Source: an uncultured delta proteobacterium (GTDB lineage Bacteria > Desulfobacterota > WTBG01 > CAIYCZ01). From it: a stretch of 64,000 bases of DNA. The notes under the pieces are model-generated. The model searched no databases. It worked only from the letters and a program-made list of their open reading frames with translations, and was not told where the DNA came from. Location: NCBI GenBank assembly GCA_963803975.1, contig CAWDOY010000048.1:57642-121641 (forward strand). The letters are read 5' to 3'. Made by a program: the position numbers and the translations under genes. Each line of letters opens with the position of its first letter. The first letter of the stretch is position 1. Shown one piece after another: positions 30,436-44,376 of the stretch.

Positions 30436-31224
30436 GTGATCGTTATGGCTATAGATAATTTACCCATGGAACCAAAACCATTCCTGCCATTTCCTAAACA
30501 GTCCTACGCACTTCCATACCAGGAGCTTTATAAAAACATAAACGGAGACGGTTCATCCTGTACTGAAAAATCTGAACATGCTGATACCTGGATGGCACAG
30601 GTACACTGTTGTCGCGGACCAGTTCTGGAGAAGGCAACGTACACTTTTCTCCATATTGTCAATGGCACCGTGGGCGGAAGCCCGGGAAGCATCAGCCGGT
30701 TTGAAAGCATAGCGTATCCTGCCAATCCCAGGATCCCGGCACTTTTTGTCATGGCCGATATAAATGAAACCGCAGAGATGGGGCGGTACCTTGTTTTTTA
30801 TCCTGACCTGATTATCCAGGACGGTCAGGCGCATAAACAGGAGAAGAATATTTTCTCAGCTGCTTTAAAAGCTGTTTGCGAAAAGCATAATCAGGATTTT
30901 GAGCAGCATAACAGCTTTATCATCGGTCGAGGTGTTTTTGGCGGCTGTGCTGGAGAGTGCGGTTTGATGGGTTTCTTTCAGGAATCTGACATCCCGTTTG
31001 TTGAGGAAATGCTTTCAGCTATTCCTTCGGTCTATTGCCAGTTGCTTTCAGATTGCAGCTATGAACCAGCGAATGATGCTGACTATAAAGCACTGTATGC
31101 AACGCGTGCACGGCTTATTGAATGGATGATTGCTGAAAGTTTAGGAACAAAAATTATGCGGGAAAACAGCATCCCTCTGTCTATAGTTGAGGCATCCAGT
31201 TTCCCGCCGGTGGTAAAGTATTAA
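30436..31224 (+). CDS. coproporphyrinogen III oxidase (HemF)-like protein, divergent
   Basis: RGPVLEKA, YPANPRIP and terminal FPPVVKY resemble HemF RG.VFEKA, HP.NP.VP and LPP.V.W. Confidence 0.5.
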   Translation: MIVMAIDNLPMEPKPFLPFPKQSYALPYQELYKNINGDGSSCTEKSEHADTWMAQVHCCRGPVLEKATYTFLHIVNGTVGGSPGSISRFESIAYPANPRIPALFVMADINETAEMGRYLVFYPDLIIQDGQAHKQEKNIFSAALKAVCEKHNQDFEQHNSFIIGRGVFGGCAGECGLMGFFQESDIPFVEEMLSAIPSVYCQLLSDCSYEPANDADYKALYATRARLIEWMIAESLGTKIMRENSIPLSIVEASSFPPVVKY

Positions 31225-31413
31225 AAGCAACTGGTGAATGGGTCAACAGGTGGAGAGATAAAGAGTGCAAAAGGATCAGGTATTAGGATGGAAACACCAT
31301 AGTAGTTTTTCTGCTTCTTTGGTCTCCTCGTCTTTTTGCGTTTTTAGGAGAGCAAAAACTCACAAAAAAATTCCTGATTTCTTGAGTTCCAGATTTTTAT
31401 TGTTTATTCCCGT

Positions 31414-31446
31414 AAAAAAAGGGCTGCAGGAAGGACCTGCAGCCCT
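31414..31446 (-). terminator. intrinsic terminator
   Basis: agggctgcagg-loop-cctgcagccct with a T-tract on the minus strand. Confidence 0.75.
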
Positions 31447-31517
31447 GAACAAATGTACACCTCGCCAGTGCGGAGATGTGGTTATTATACCGGTAACACG
31501 CTGGTTACCGGAAACTT

Positions 31518-31941
31518 TTACGCACTTACTTCATCTACATCTTCCTCTACTTCCACAAACTTTAAGGCATCGCTGGTGCACCATTTGACACAGGATGGAT
31601 CCGGCGGCTCACCGCACAAATCACATTTTAAAGGAACTTCGGTTCCCGGCTCAAAAAAGAACGGTTTTTCCGGACACGCTGCCCGGCATAGTGCGCACGT
31701 ATCATAGCGTCTCACCCTTAATCGTTATAACATTTCTTGACGTGCACTTTGCGTCAGTATACGGCCCGGATATTACTGGATAGTTATTGCCCTTTTCCAT
31801 ATCCACAAAAACTTTTATGCGGGATAAACGGGGGTTGACGGTATTTTCCTCAGTATGTGCCATGGCACACGCCGTCTCACAGTGTCGACAGCCGGTACAT
31901 TTATCAAAGTCTATAAAGATTTTTTTGACTGTCTGCTTCAT
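31518..31941 (-). CDS. BamC-like 4Fe-4S ferredoxin subunit, one frameshift near 31710
   Basis: DKCTGCRHCETAC...NPRLSRI...YDTCALCRAACP...PLKCDLC...CVKWC...DAL cysteine spacing resembles BamC. Confidence 0.75.
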
Positions 31942-32271
31942 AAGTACCTCCTGTTATATAAAGGTTAGCAATAGTATCCTTCGGTTACCCGTTCGCCATG
32001 GAGCAGAGACGACTCATTCTCAGCAATGCACCATGAGCCGGAAAATTCTTTCAGCAAACAGCTATAGCGTAGTAAAGCAAATTCCCCGGACATTAGTATT
32101 CTGCTCCGTCGGTTGTCAGTACTTGCTATTCGCTGCTATAGTAATGTCAGTCGTATTTAGTTGCTGCCGCAAAAGGAAGAGGAGGAGTGAAACCAGAAAC
32201 AGTATGCTACGGTTCAAAGAAAAATACAGTATGGTTTGTTTAACTCTTTATTAATTTATCGGTCGTTTATA

Positions 32272-34101
32272 TTATAACCCTAATTCTGCCAACTTGCCAG
32301 GGGAAGGAACACCGTCTGCGTTCCATCCTCGTAATTCATAATACTGGGGCAGCATTTCATCAAGTTTAGAAACGCGCCCCTTAGCAGGACCCTCAGGCAT
32401 AGGCTCTTTTAAAAACCGGGAGGGCAGGGTATCATCAGCTTTGGTAATGCCGGCCTTGAGATTAAATAACCGCTCCATGTTCCACATCCGCTCTCCGGCC
32501 AACAGCACATTTTCTGCTGGTATAGCCAGCGCCGGTACAAACCTCAAGCATGTCAACCATATCGTCAACGCTGAAACCCTCAGCAAGGCTGACAAACAGG
32601 CACAGCCCTGATGAATCAATGACACCGGTAAGATCCTGAAATGCTTTAATGACCGCTGGTTTGCCCTTGCTCATCGAACGGATCAAGCTTCTGATTTACT
32701 CCCAGTATCTCGACCGCAATGCCATAGCTGCGCACATGGCAGGCGCCCCTGTTTGACGTGGCATAGCTGAGGCCCATTGACTGGACGCCGCGCGGGTCAT
32801 AGGCAGGAAGCCCCTGCTTTTTTACCCCCATGAAGAGTTCCGGGTGGCCGTATTTTTCCGCTAATGCATAGCCTCCTTCAGCCATGACATCTCCAATGCC
32901 CTCGCGCAGCCCCATCATTGACGTCAGTTTAACCAGTGCCTCGCCGTTGCCAAAGTTTGCCTTAAAACCGATGTCTTTCTCAGGCAGGTATCCTTTTTCA
33001 AACAGCTCCATGAGGCAGGCTACTATATTTCCCACATCTATGGTATCCATGCCTAATTGGTTACAGAGATAATTGGCCTTGGTAACAGGGGCGAGATCGT
33101 TTATCCCGCAGGATGCTCCCATAAGGGCAACGGTTTCATATTCAGGCCCTTCTCCTTCTCCTTCATATTTTTTATCTTTAATCACCGTGGACCTGCCGCA
33201 GGCCATAGGACAGGCAAAGCAGCCCTTATTTCTCTTTAAAATGGTGTCCCTGATGTTCTCGCCACTGATTTTCATGGCATCCGGAAAGACGCCGGTTTGA
33301 AAGTTATTGGTGCACAGGATGCCGCTCTCATTTATGATATTGACCAGTACTGATGTGCCGAATATGGGCAGTGCCTGAGCAGTGACCTTCGCCACATCCG
33401 ATCTGTTTTTGGCAATGCTTGCCTTAATTATGTCTCTGAATTTGTTCCGGTCCGGAACAGGAATACCCTTGGTCCCCATCACAGCGATTGCTTTTAAATT
33501 TTTTGCGCCCATCACCGCGCCGACGCCGGAGCGCCCGGCTGCGCGCGATTTGTCGTTTATAATACAGGCGACCCGGCACAGCTTTTCTCCGGCCGGCCCG
33601 ATGCTTGCAATCCGGAACTCTCGGCCTTTCCACTGGCTGCCGATCTCAGCCCGGATCAGGTCTTCGGTCTCATCAGTCTGTTTCCCCCAAAGATCAGCTG
33701 CTGATTTAAATTCAATCACATCATCCTTGATCATCAGATAAACCGGTTCCGGGGCTTTGCCCTCAAAGAATAATCATATCGTATCCGGCATACTTCATTT
33801 CGGGCCCGAAATAACCGCCGGAATTGGAACAGGCAATGCAATTATTAAGCGGCGATTTTGTTACGACCATGTAGCGGGAGCTGGCAATCAATCCCGTTCC
33901 TGTCAGGGGGCCTGTTGCAAAGATCAGCTTGTTGTCCTCGCTGAGCGGGTCCACCGTTGGATCAACTTCATCGACAAGATATTTTTCCGCAAGCCCTCTT
34001 CCGCCCACATAATCTTTTGCCATATCAGGGTCCAGATCTTCAACAGCAAAGCTTGAATTGCTCAAATCAACTCTTAAAATTTTACCGATCCAGCCATTCA
34101 T
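32272..34101 (-). CDS. aor: tungsten aldehyde:ferredoxin oxidoreductase (paralog 3, canonical type), several frameshifts
   Basis: [62 protein letters not shown]. Confidence 0.92.
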
Positions 34102-34178
34102 AATGCGTGCTCCTTTCTGAGATAGGAACCTTTAAAGATTCTTTTTATTTTGAACTACCTTATAGCGTATATGTGCAG

Positions 34179-34255
34179 ATAGTATGCAGGAACATATTTT
34201 ATGTCAAGTATAAATATATTGTTTCTATCATGCTGATAAAACATATATTTTATCA
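34179..34255 (-). promoter_or_regulatory. sigma70 promoter of aor3 with upstream palindromic operator
   Basis: TTGACA (34202-34207)-17-TACTAT (34179-34184); TGATAAAA-N6-TTTTATCA at 34234-34255. Confidence 0.65.
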
Positions 34256-34294
34256 AGCAGCAAGCAGCGCTGCACACCATGCAGCGCGTGACGG

Positions 34295-35119
34295 TTAAAA
34301 CTCGGGCAGATTTTTCAGTGTCGCATAATCAAAGACCGGCCCATCCTTGCACACATAGAAATTGCCCACATTACACCTGCCGCATTTCCCGATGCCGCAC
34401 TTCATCCTGTTTTCCAGCGTAGTAAAAATCTGCTGTTCGGAAAAGCCCAGTTCAAGAAGGTTGTGTATCACATATTTAATCATTACCGGCGGGCCGCAGG
34501 TGATGGCAATGGTATTCTCGGGAGACGGCTTGATGCGCAGGACGTTGTTGGGCACAAAGCCGACAAACCGCTTCCAGTCCGGGTCTGCCATATCAATAGA
34601 CAGGTGCACCTTTAAGTCATTGCGTTTTTCCAGTTCAAACAGTTCAGTTTTATAGCACAGATCGCCGGCGCTGCGCGCGCCGTAAATAATATCAAACTGT
34701 TCAAAATCATCTCTGTTGTCCAGGATATACTGGACTATCGGCCGCAGCGGCGCCTGGCCAATGCCGCCGCCGATGGTTACAATGTTTTTGCCTTTCCATG
34801 CTGCAATGGGGAAGCCGTTGCCGTATGGTCCCCGGAGGGTTATCGTTTCACCTGCTTCACAGTCATGCAGGGCCGATGTCACCTTCCCCAGCTTCATGAT
34901 GCTGAATTCAAGATACTCGCTCTGCGTCGGGGAAGAGGCAATGGAAATCATGCTTTCACCCACCCGCAGAATGCCGACCATAGCACACTGGCCCGGTTTC
35001 TGATTTAATGCCTGGCCATTCTGCAGGGCCACTTTAAAGGTCCTGATGGGACGCGCGCCGTTGGTTTCCTGGCGTATTTCAACAATAGTAGCTTTCTCTG
35101 GAAGATACGGGTTCATCAT
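34295..35119 (-). CDS. flxA: FAD/NAD-binding FlxA/AsrB-like subunit
   Basis: PGQ, GESMISI, RGPYGNGF, GGGIGQAP, CGPP, MKCGIGKCGRC 2Fe-2S motif. Confidence 0.85.
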   Translation of the reverse strand: MMNPYLPEKATIVEIRQETNGARPIRTFKVALQNGQALNQKPGQCAMVGILRVGESMISIASSPTQSEYLEFSIMKLGKVTSALHDCEAGETITLRGPYGNGFPIAAWKGKNIVTIGGGIGQAPLRPIVQYILDNRDDFEQFDIIYGARSAGDLCYKTELFELEKRNDLKVHLSIDMADPDWKRFVGFVPNNVLRIKPSPENTIAITCGPPVMIKYVIHNLLELGFSEQQIFTTLENRMKCGIGKCGRCNVGNFYVCKDGPVFDYATLKNLPEF

Positions 35120-36139
35120 GCAGCGCCTTTAACCGCTAGCAGATTTTCAATGATGTCCTCATTGACCGGGCACAGGGTAATGCATCTGCCGCAGCCCACG
35201 CAGCCGAAGGTGCCGAAGGTATCAACATTGAATTTGAATTTATGATAGATTCTGTTTTTAAGCCGTTCCACCCGTGTCGGCCTTGGATTGTGGCCTGACG
35301 CGTGCAGGGTATATTCCTTGTACATACAGGAGTCCCACACCCTGACTCTTCTGCCTCTTTTTTTTGCCATGGGCTCATCCTGCATATCAAAGCAATAGCA
35401 GGTGGGACAGGTGTAGGTACAGATCCCGCAGCCAATGCACTTTAACGCCATTTTTTTCCAGACCGGGTGTTCAAATATTCTGCCCAGCGTATCGGTCACT
35501 CCCGCAAGGTCTATTGCCGCTTAATGCTGCGTTCGGCGTTCTGCGACAGCTCCTCGCCCTGTTTGATATCTTCTGCCGATGCGGCAATAAACAGAGAGGA
35601 TGTTTTATCTAATTATTTCTTTTCCTTTTTCTGAAAGCACTGCAACCAGATACCGGTCACCGAGATCGGTACACAGCAGGTCAAGCCCCTCCTGTCCGCA
35701 CGGGTTGCCTCCCACCGAGGTACAGAAGCAGTTTGCAAACGGCTCCGTACAGGCCATGCCAATCAGCATGGCTTTATTTCTGCGCGTCAAGATAATACGG
35801 ATCCGGGATATCGCCTTTAAAGACCGGGTCAAGCAGAGAAAAGCTGCGGGCATCACAGGGGCGAACGCCAAACAAAATGCTTTGTTTTATGTCCTGGGCA
35901 TCCGGCGCCTGTATCTGATCATTCTGATCATAGGAGTAAAGCGGCTCGGTTTGCGGGAAGATCGTATGCTTTATGATTTTTGCCTGATGGGCGAGGTCCG
36001 GCGAATTATTGCGGCAATCCAATAATGGTTGAAAAAGGGTGTCCCCGTCTTTTTCTATTGGTGCCCAGAGCAAGTAGTCAGTAGATAGAGAGGATAAAAA
36101 ATCTTTTATTGAATCTTTCTGCAGTACAAACACATCCAT
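35116..36139 (-). CDS. flxB: 4Fe-4S dicluster FlxB/AsrA-like subunit, frameshifted
   Basis: FGVRPCD, NCFCTSVGG, CIGCGICTYTCPTCYCF, CVGCGRCITLCP across three ORFs. Confidence 0.85.
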
Positions 36140-36149
36140 GCGCGAAACC

Positions 36150-37127
36150 TTATAAAATGAAACCCTGAGGATCTTCCGTGTGAAAGGTTGTCAGGAGCGA
36201 CTTTGCTTTTGGATCCTTGCCTGATTCATAGCCAAAAAGCTCTTTTGCATCTTTTTCCAGCTTGCGGTTAAGCTTCATCAGCGGAAGGTTCATGGGGCAC
36301 ACGCGCTCGCACTCCCCGCAGCCGATACATCTTCCGGCAAGGTGAAAGGTGCGGATAATCTGGAACATGAAATTTTCCGAGGTATCAACAGAACGACGCA
36401 GCCACTGGGGACTCAGGCTGTCCAGACTGCAGATGGTTGAATAGCAGAGCGGGCACACATTCCTGCAGGCATAACACCGGACGCACTTGGAGAACTGCTG
36501 CTGCCAGTAGGCAAGCCGTTCTTCTACGGGTAATGCTTCGAACGCCGCTATATCATCATAATGGGCCGGCCGGGCTGGGAGCTTGTCCCCGATCAGCTTA
36601 TCGTAGATGAGCGGCGTGGGATACTGGCATACCTTGCACAGCTCGGCAAGCAGTTCCTCTTTGGGCACGGTATGCGACTCTCCCTGAAAGGAGATGATAT
36701 AGTTCCCGTTTTCTTCAGTCACTTCTGCTGGTTCAGTCACCTGGGGAAAGCGGGCTTCAATCTTTCGCTGATCAATGACGCCCTTGCACGAAACACCAAT
36801 GATATACAGCTTATCCCGCGGCACACCCTTTTCTTCTATCAGCAGATTAATTGCCCGGGAATCACAGCCGCGCGCAACAATGGCTATTTTTGAAGGCTTC
36901 ATTGCCTGTTCCGTGAGACCGGGGAGGGTTTCTTCCATCATAACATATTTAACCAGGCTCATATTGCACAGAGGGGAAATAATGAGCTGGTCAATATCCT
37001 CCTTCGGCTCAATAAATGCGGGGGAGACTCTGAAGCCGTAGCTGCCTTTCTTATAGCCGATCAGATATTTTACGTCTTTGCGGCCAAGCGCCCGCGCTGC
37101 TTCATCTTTCAGCTTTTGCACACTCAT
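36150..37127 (-). CDS. flxC: 4Fe-4S dicluster FlxC/FdhB-like subunit
   Basis: RGCDSR, CVRCYACRNVCP, HLAGRCIGCGECERVCP. Confidence 0.85.
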   Translation of the reverse strand: MSVQKLKDEAARALGRKDVKYLIGYKKGSYGFRVSPAFIEPKEDIDQLIISPLCNMSLVKYVMMEETLPGLTEQAMKPSKIAIVARGCDSRAINLLIEEKGVPRDKLYIIGVSCKGVIDQRKIEARFPQVTEPAEVTEENGNYIISFQGESHTVPKEELLAELCKVCQYPTPLIYDKLIGDKLPARPAHYDDIAAFEALPVEERLAYWQQQFSKCVRCYACRNVCPLCYSTICSLDSLSPQWLRRSVDTSENFMFQIIRTFHLAGRCIGCGECERVCPMNLPLMKLNRKLEKDAKELFGYESGKDPKAKSLLTTFHTEDPQGFIL

Positions 37128-37546
37128 ACCGCTTCCCGTAGATAGGATTGCTGGGGACCTATTTCCTGTAATTCTTTGGTTATCTCAGTTATGACATCAG
37201 CAAACTTCTTTCCTTCTGACGCTGAAACCCAGCTCATGCGCAGCCGCAGCGGGTTAATGCCGCTGAACTCAAGGAGACTCCGCAGCATGGTAAACCTGCG
37301 CCGCGCAAGATAATTGCCACTCACATAGTGGCATTCGCCGGGGTGTCAGCCGGACACCAGTACGCCGTCCGCTCCCTCCCGCAGTGCCTGCACGACAAAC
37401 AGCGGGTTTACTCTGCCGGTGCACATGACGCGCACCACCTTCACATTGGGCGGGTAGTGCATGCGGGTCGTGCCGGTTAAATCTGCGCCGGCGTATGAAC
37501 ACCAGTTGCAGAGAAATGCGACGATGTTCGGTTCAAATTCACTCAT
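37124..37546 (-). CDS. mvhD: MvhD/FlxD hydrogenase iron-sulfur subunit with selenocysteine (UGA at 37346-37348)
   Basis: [18 protein letters not shown], then SG-UGA-HPGECHY continuing in frame to 37124 (141 codons including stop). Confidence 0.9.
37315..37348 (-). promoter_or_regulatory. candidate bacterial SECIS element
   Basis: 12 nt after the UGA: stem TGCCACT, loop ATGTG, stem AGTGGCA. Confidence 0.65.
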
Positions 37547-39515
37547 AGCGTTCTCCAAGAGCTGCAATAACTGAAAGCATTTGTTCGTCGGTAAATGATT
37601 TTTGCTGCATCGCGCCGCAGAGGCACGCAGCGACACATTGACCGCAGCCCTTACAAACAACTTCATTAACCGCTGCAATCTGCAGAAGGTGGCCATCGCG
37701 CTCAACTGTTTTTAACTCAATAGCCTCATAGGGACACACCTCGACACACAGCTCACAGCCGCGGCAGGTACGCTCATCAGCAAATGAAACAAGTGCCTCG
37801 GTTTTTACTTTTCCCTGAGCCAGCGGGGTGCAGGCTCGTGATGCTGCGCCACAGGCCTGCGCAACCGTATCAGGAATATCCTTTGGCCCCTGGCAGCACC
37901 CGGCCAGGAATATGCCGTCACTTGCGGTATCCATCGGGCGCAGCTTGGGATGTGCTTCATAGAAGAACTTGTCCGTTGATTGCGATAACTTTAACAACTT
38001 TGCAATCACCGGGCTGTCAGATCGCGGCACCATGCCGACGGCAAGCACCACGAGATCAGCTTCCACTTCAACGGGCTGACCCAGCAGGGTATCTTCCGCC
38101 CTGACGATGAGTTTATCGCCTCTTTTAAAGACATCGGAGACATTGCCCCGGCGGTACATAATGCCTTCTTCTTTTACCCGGTCATAAAACTCCTCAAAGC
38201 CTTTGCCAAATGCCCGCACGTCTATGTAAAATGCCGTGATGCGCGCGTCCGGTATCTTGTCTCTTACCAGATGCGCCTGTTTTGCGGTGTACATGCAGCA
38301 GACCCGCGAACAGTATTCATTGCCGATCGATTTATCACGTGAGCCCACGCACTGCACAAACACCACATCTTTGGGCTTCTTCCCGTCAATCATGATGTCC
38401 CCGAGGGTGGGGCCTGACGCAGAGGATAGCCGCTCAAACTCCAGTCCGGTTATCACATTCGGGTACAGCCCGTAGCCCAGTTCCGGCTTCAAGCGCGGAT
38501 CAAACGTATCAAACCCGGTTGCGACAACGATCGTGCCCACATCAACATCAATGAATTTTTCCTTTTGCTTGAGATCAATTGCCTTTAAATCTTTACATAC
38601 CGGCTCACATTGCTTGCACTCCCGTCTCAGGGTATACCGGCAATAGGCTGGATTGATAACGAAACGCGCCGGCACGGCCTGGGGGAAGGGAATGTACAGG
38701 CACTTGGTTTTAGAGAGGCTCAGGTTAAATTCATCGGGCATCTCTACCGGACAGTACGCGACACAGGTGCCGCAGGCATTACATTTATCTTCTACAATGT
38801 AGCGCGGTTTCTTTTTAATGGTGACCTTGAAATTTCCAACGTATCCTTTAACATCCGTCACTTCAGAGTAGGTGTGCATTTCAATATTGGGATGATTGCC
38901 GACATCCGACATTTTGGGCGTCAAAATACAGGCTGAGCAGTCAAGGGTGGGGAAGGTTTTGTCGAGCTGCATCATATGGCCGCCAATGCTGGGCTCTTTT
39001 TCCACCAGATAGACCTTGAACCCCTTGTCCGCAATTTCCAGTGCAGCCTGAATGCCGGCGATGCCGCCGCCTATGACCAGCGCGCTGGGGATAACATCAA
39101 CTTCTTTTTCTTCCAGCGGCTCAAGGAGGCCGGCTTTAGCTACTGATGCGGCAAGCAGCCCCCGGGCCTTTTGCGATGCTTTCGCCTTATCTTCATGGAC
39201 CCAGCTGCAATGTTCCCGGATATTGGCTATCTCGAGGCAATACGGATTAAGGTCGGCACTACGCAAGACCTTGCGAAACGTCATCTCATGCATGCGCGGT
39301 GAGCACGAAGCCACAACAATACGATTGAGCCCCAATTCCTTAATGTCTTTTTTGATCAGCTCCTGCCCGGGATCCGAACAAAGGTATATATAATTTTTAG
39401 CAATGGTGACGTGCGGAAGCGTAGCGGCAAACTGGGTAAGTTTTTCAACGTCGACCGTTGAGTTGATATTAATACCGCAATGACAGATATACACACCGAG
39501 CTTTACGTTTCCCAT
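37539..39515 (-). CDS. hdrA: heterodisulfide reductase subunit A
   Basis: [58 protein letters not shown]. Confidence 0.95.
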   Translation of the reverse strand: MGNVKLGVYICHCGININSTVDVEKLTQFAATLPHVTIAKNYIYLCSDPGQELIKKDIKELGLNRIVVASCSPRMHEMTFRKVLRSADLNPYCLEIANIREHCSWVHEDKAKASQKARGLLAASVAKAGLLEPLEEKEVDVIPSALVIGGGIAGIQAALEIADKGFKVYLVEKEPSIGGHMMQLDKTFPTLDCSACILTPKMSDVGNHPNIEMHTYSEVTDVKGYVGNFKVTIKKKPRYIVEDKCNACGTCVAYCPVEMPDEFNLSLSKTKCLYIPFPQAVPARFVINPAYCRYTLRRECKQCEPVCKDLKAIDLKQKEKFIDVDVGTIVVATGFDTFDPRLKPELGYGLYPNVITGLEFERLSSASGPTLGDIMIDGKKPKDVVFVQCVGSRDKSIGNEYCSRVCCMYTAKQAHLVRDKIPDARITAFYIDVRAFGKGFEEFYDRVKEEGIMYRRGNVSDVFKRGDKLIVRAEDTLLGQPVEVEADLVVLAVGMVPRSDSPVIAKLLKLSQSTDKFFYEAHPKLRPMDTASDGIFLAGCCQGPKDIPDTVAQACGAASRACTPLAQGKVKTEALVSFADERTCRGCELCVEVCPYEAIELKTVERDGHLLQIAAVNEVVCKGCGQCVAACLCGAMQQKSFTDEQMLSVIAALGERYE

Positions 39516-39523
39516 GCGCAGCG

Positions 39524-40657
39524 CTACTCCATTACCTGGGTTACCAGTTCCATAATATCACAGACTTTGATCCGGTCCTCAACGCCCGTGCTCTTTACCG
39601 CGTCCTCAAGAGTCAAGATGCAGAACGGGCATGCGGTCGCGAGTATCTCGGCGCCCCGCTCAAGCGCGTCCTGTACCCGGATGGTTGCCGTACGCTCCTT
39701 TGCTTCGTGGGCTTCTATCCACATTCTGCCGCCGCCTCCTTCACAGCACAGGGAACGTTCGCGCGCCCTGTCCAGCTCGACAAATTTAATGCCCGGAATA
39801 CTTTGCAGGATTGCCCGCGGCTCATCGTAAATCTGATTCTGTTTTCCCAGAAAACAGGGATCATGATAGGTAACCGTTTTTTCTAATTTCTTGCTGAACT
39901 TCAGCTTCTTTTTCTTGATCAGCTCTGCAACAACCTGGGTGTAATGCTTGACATCAACGGTGAGTTCAGGATATTCGTTTTTGAAGGTGTTATAGCAGTG
40001 GGGCGATGTGGTAATAATCTGCTTGATGGGAAACTGCTTGAACATTTCCAGGTTCATCTCTTTGAGCGCATCAAACGACCAGATGTCGCCCATGCGGCGG
40101 ATTTCATTGCCGCAGCACACTTCATCATTGCCCAGGGTGCCAAAATTGATTCCCGCTTTGGTGAGAACGGCGGCAAGGGCGATTGCTACTTTCTGCAGCC
40201 GGGAGTCGAAAGCCGGCGTGCAGCCCACATAGTAGAGAACCTCCGCATCGGCAATACTTTTAATCGTCAGGCCCTGGGCCCATTCCGAGCGCTTCTCCTG
40301 GCCGATGCCCCACGGGTTCCCCCGGACTGAAATGCTTTTCAAGACATCCCGGATTTTGGGAGGCAGCTGGCCGTCTTCCACCAGCACGCTGCGCATGCTG
40401 ATAATCATGTCAGTATGTTTTATGTCTTTCGGGCAGCGCTTAACACACGTCGAACAGGTACTGCAATCCCATAGCGTCTCTTTCTCATAGGCGATATGTT
40501 CTCCCTCGCTGTTCAGGGTATCATAGATAAGTTTGCGAACATTAAAATGAGGAGATACCGTGGATACGGGACAACCCCCGGTGCATTTACCGCATTGTAT
40601 GCAGGGGAACAGCGGCTTTCTTTCAATATGCGCTAAACGATCGATCTCAGATGACAT
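39524..40657 (-). CDS. HdrD/BamD-like Fe-S protein (two 4Fe-4S motifs plus two CCG domains)
   Basis: CIQCGKCTGGCP, CSTCSTCVKRCP, YVGC, CCG, YHDPC, CCEGGGG, TACPFC. Confidence 0.88.
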   Translation of the reverse strand: MSSEIDRLAHIERKPLFPCIQCGKCTGGCPVSTVSPHFNVRKLIYDTLNSEGEHIAYEKETLWDCSTCSTCVKRCPKDIKHTDMIISMRSVLVEDGQLPPKIRDVLKSISVRGNPWGIGQEKRSEWAQGLTIKSIADAEVLYYVGCTPAFDSRLQKVAIALAAVLTKAGINFGTLGNDEVCCGNEIRRMGDIWSFDALKEMNLEMFKQFPIKQIITTSPHCYNTFKNEYPELTVDVKHYTQVVAELIKKKKLKFSKKLEKTVTYHDPCFLGKQNQIYDEPRAILQSIPGIKFVELDRARERSLCCEGGGGRMWIEAHEAKERTATIRVQDALERGAEILATACPFCILTLEDAVKSTGVEDRIKVCDIMELVTQVME

Positions 40658-40808
40658 AGCTTAGCCTGTTGCCATATGTTGATATCAACCAATTTTTACG
40701 AGGTGATGAAGTGCTTTTTATTTTGCAGCAGCATTCACACTCAATGCACCATGTTCCGATTCCGTTTATGCTGAGACGCAGTATGGCAGGGCAAAAATGA
40801 CTGCGGTC

Positions 40809-40837
40809 ATATTACAGATCTAAATTCTTTATGTCAA
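40809..40837 (-). promoter_or_regulatory. sigma70 promoter of the hdr-flx operon
   Basis: TTGACA (40832-40837)-17-TAATAT (40809-40814). Confidence 0.6.
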
Positions 40838-41049
40838 GACGATTTTAACATCATGCTAAAAAAATTGCAACGGTTAATAAAGAGACGTGCGAATAACAGA
40901 CAGTGGAGCTATCAGCCCAGCCGGCGCGAAGGAAAGAACCTGCCGGATTTTAATTTTAAGATATTCCTTGTATGCTCTAATTTGATTATAGACTTATTCG
41001 CTGAATTCTATTACATATGAAACAATGTCTAATAAGAAAGGGCTCGATT

Positions 41050-44239
<3,190 letters not shown>

Positions 44240-44376
44240 AATGAGGGTGCTCTGTCGATGGCTATTTCCTCTCTATCTCACAATCACTCGACAGTCAACA
44301 TGAAACAACAGCACTTTTTCTCCATGGACATCTATTTATTTTCAGGTTATAAAGTTTTTTAAAACATGGAAACAAC

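Noticed and set aside
31702..31715. TGA in the BamC-like gene as a second selenocysteine
   Set aside because: The downstream homology is in a different frame, so this is an indel and not read-through.
32272..34101. AOR paralog 3 as BamB (benzoyl-CoA reductase)
   Set aside because: It carries canonical AOR motifs ([16 protein letters not shown]) and lacks the BamB-type N-terminus as I recall it.
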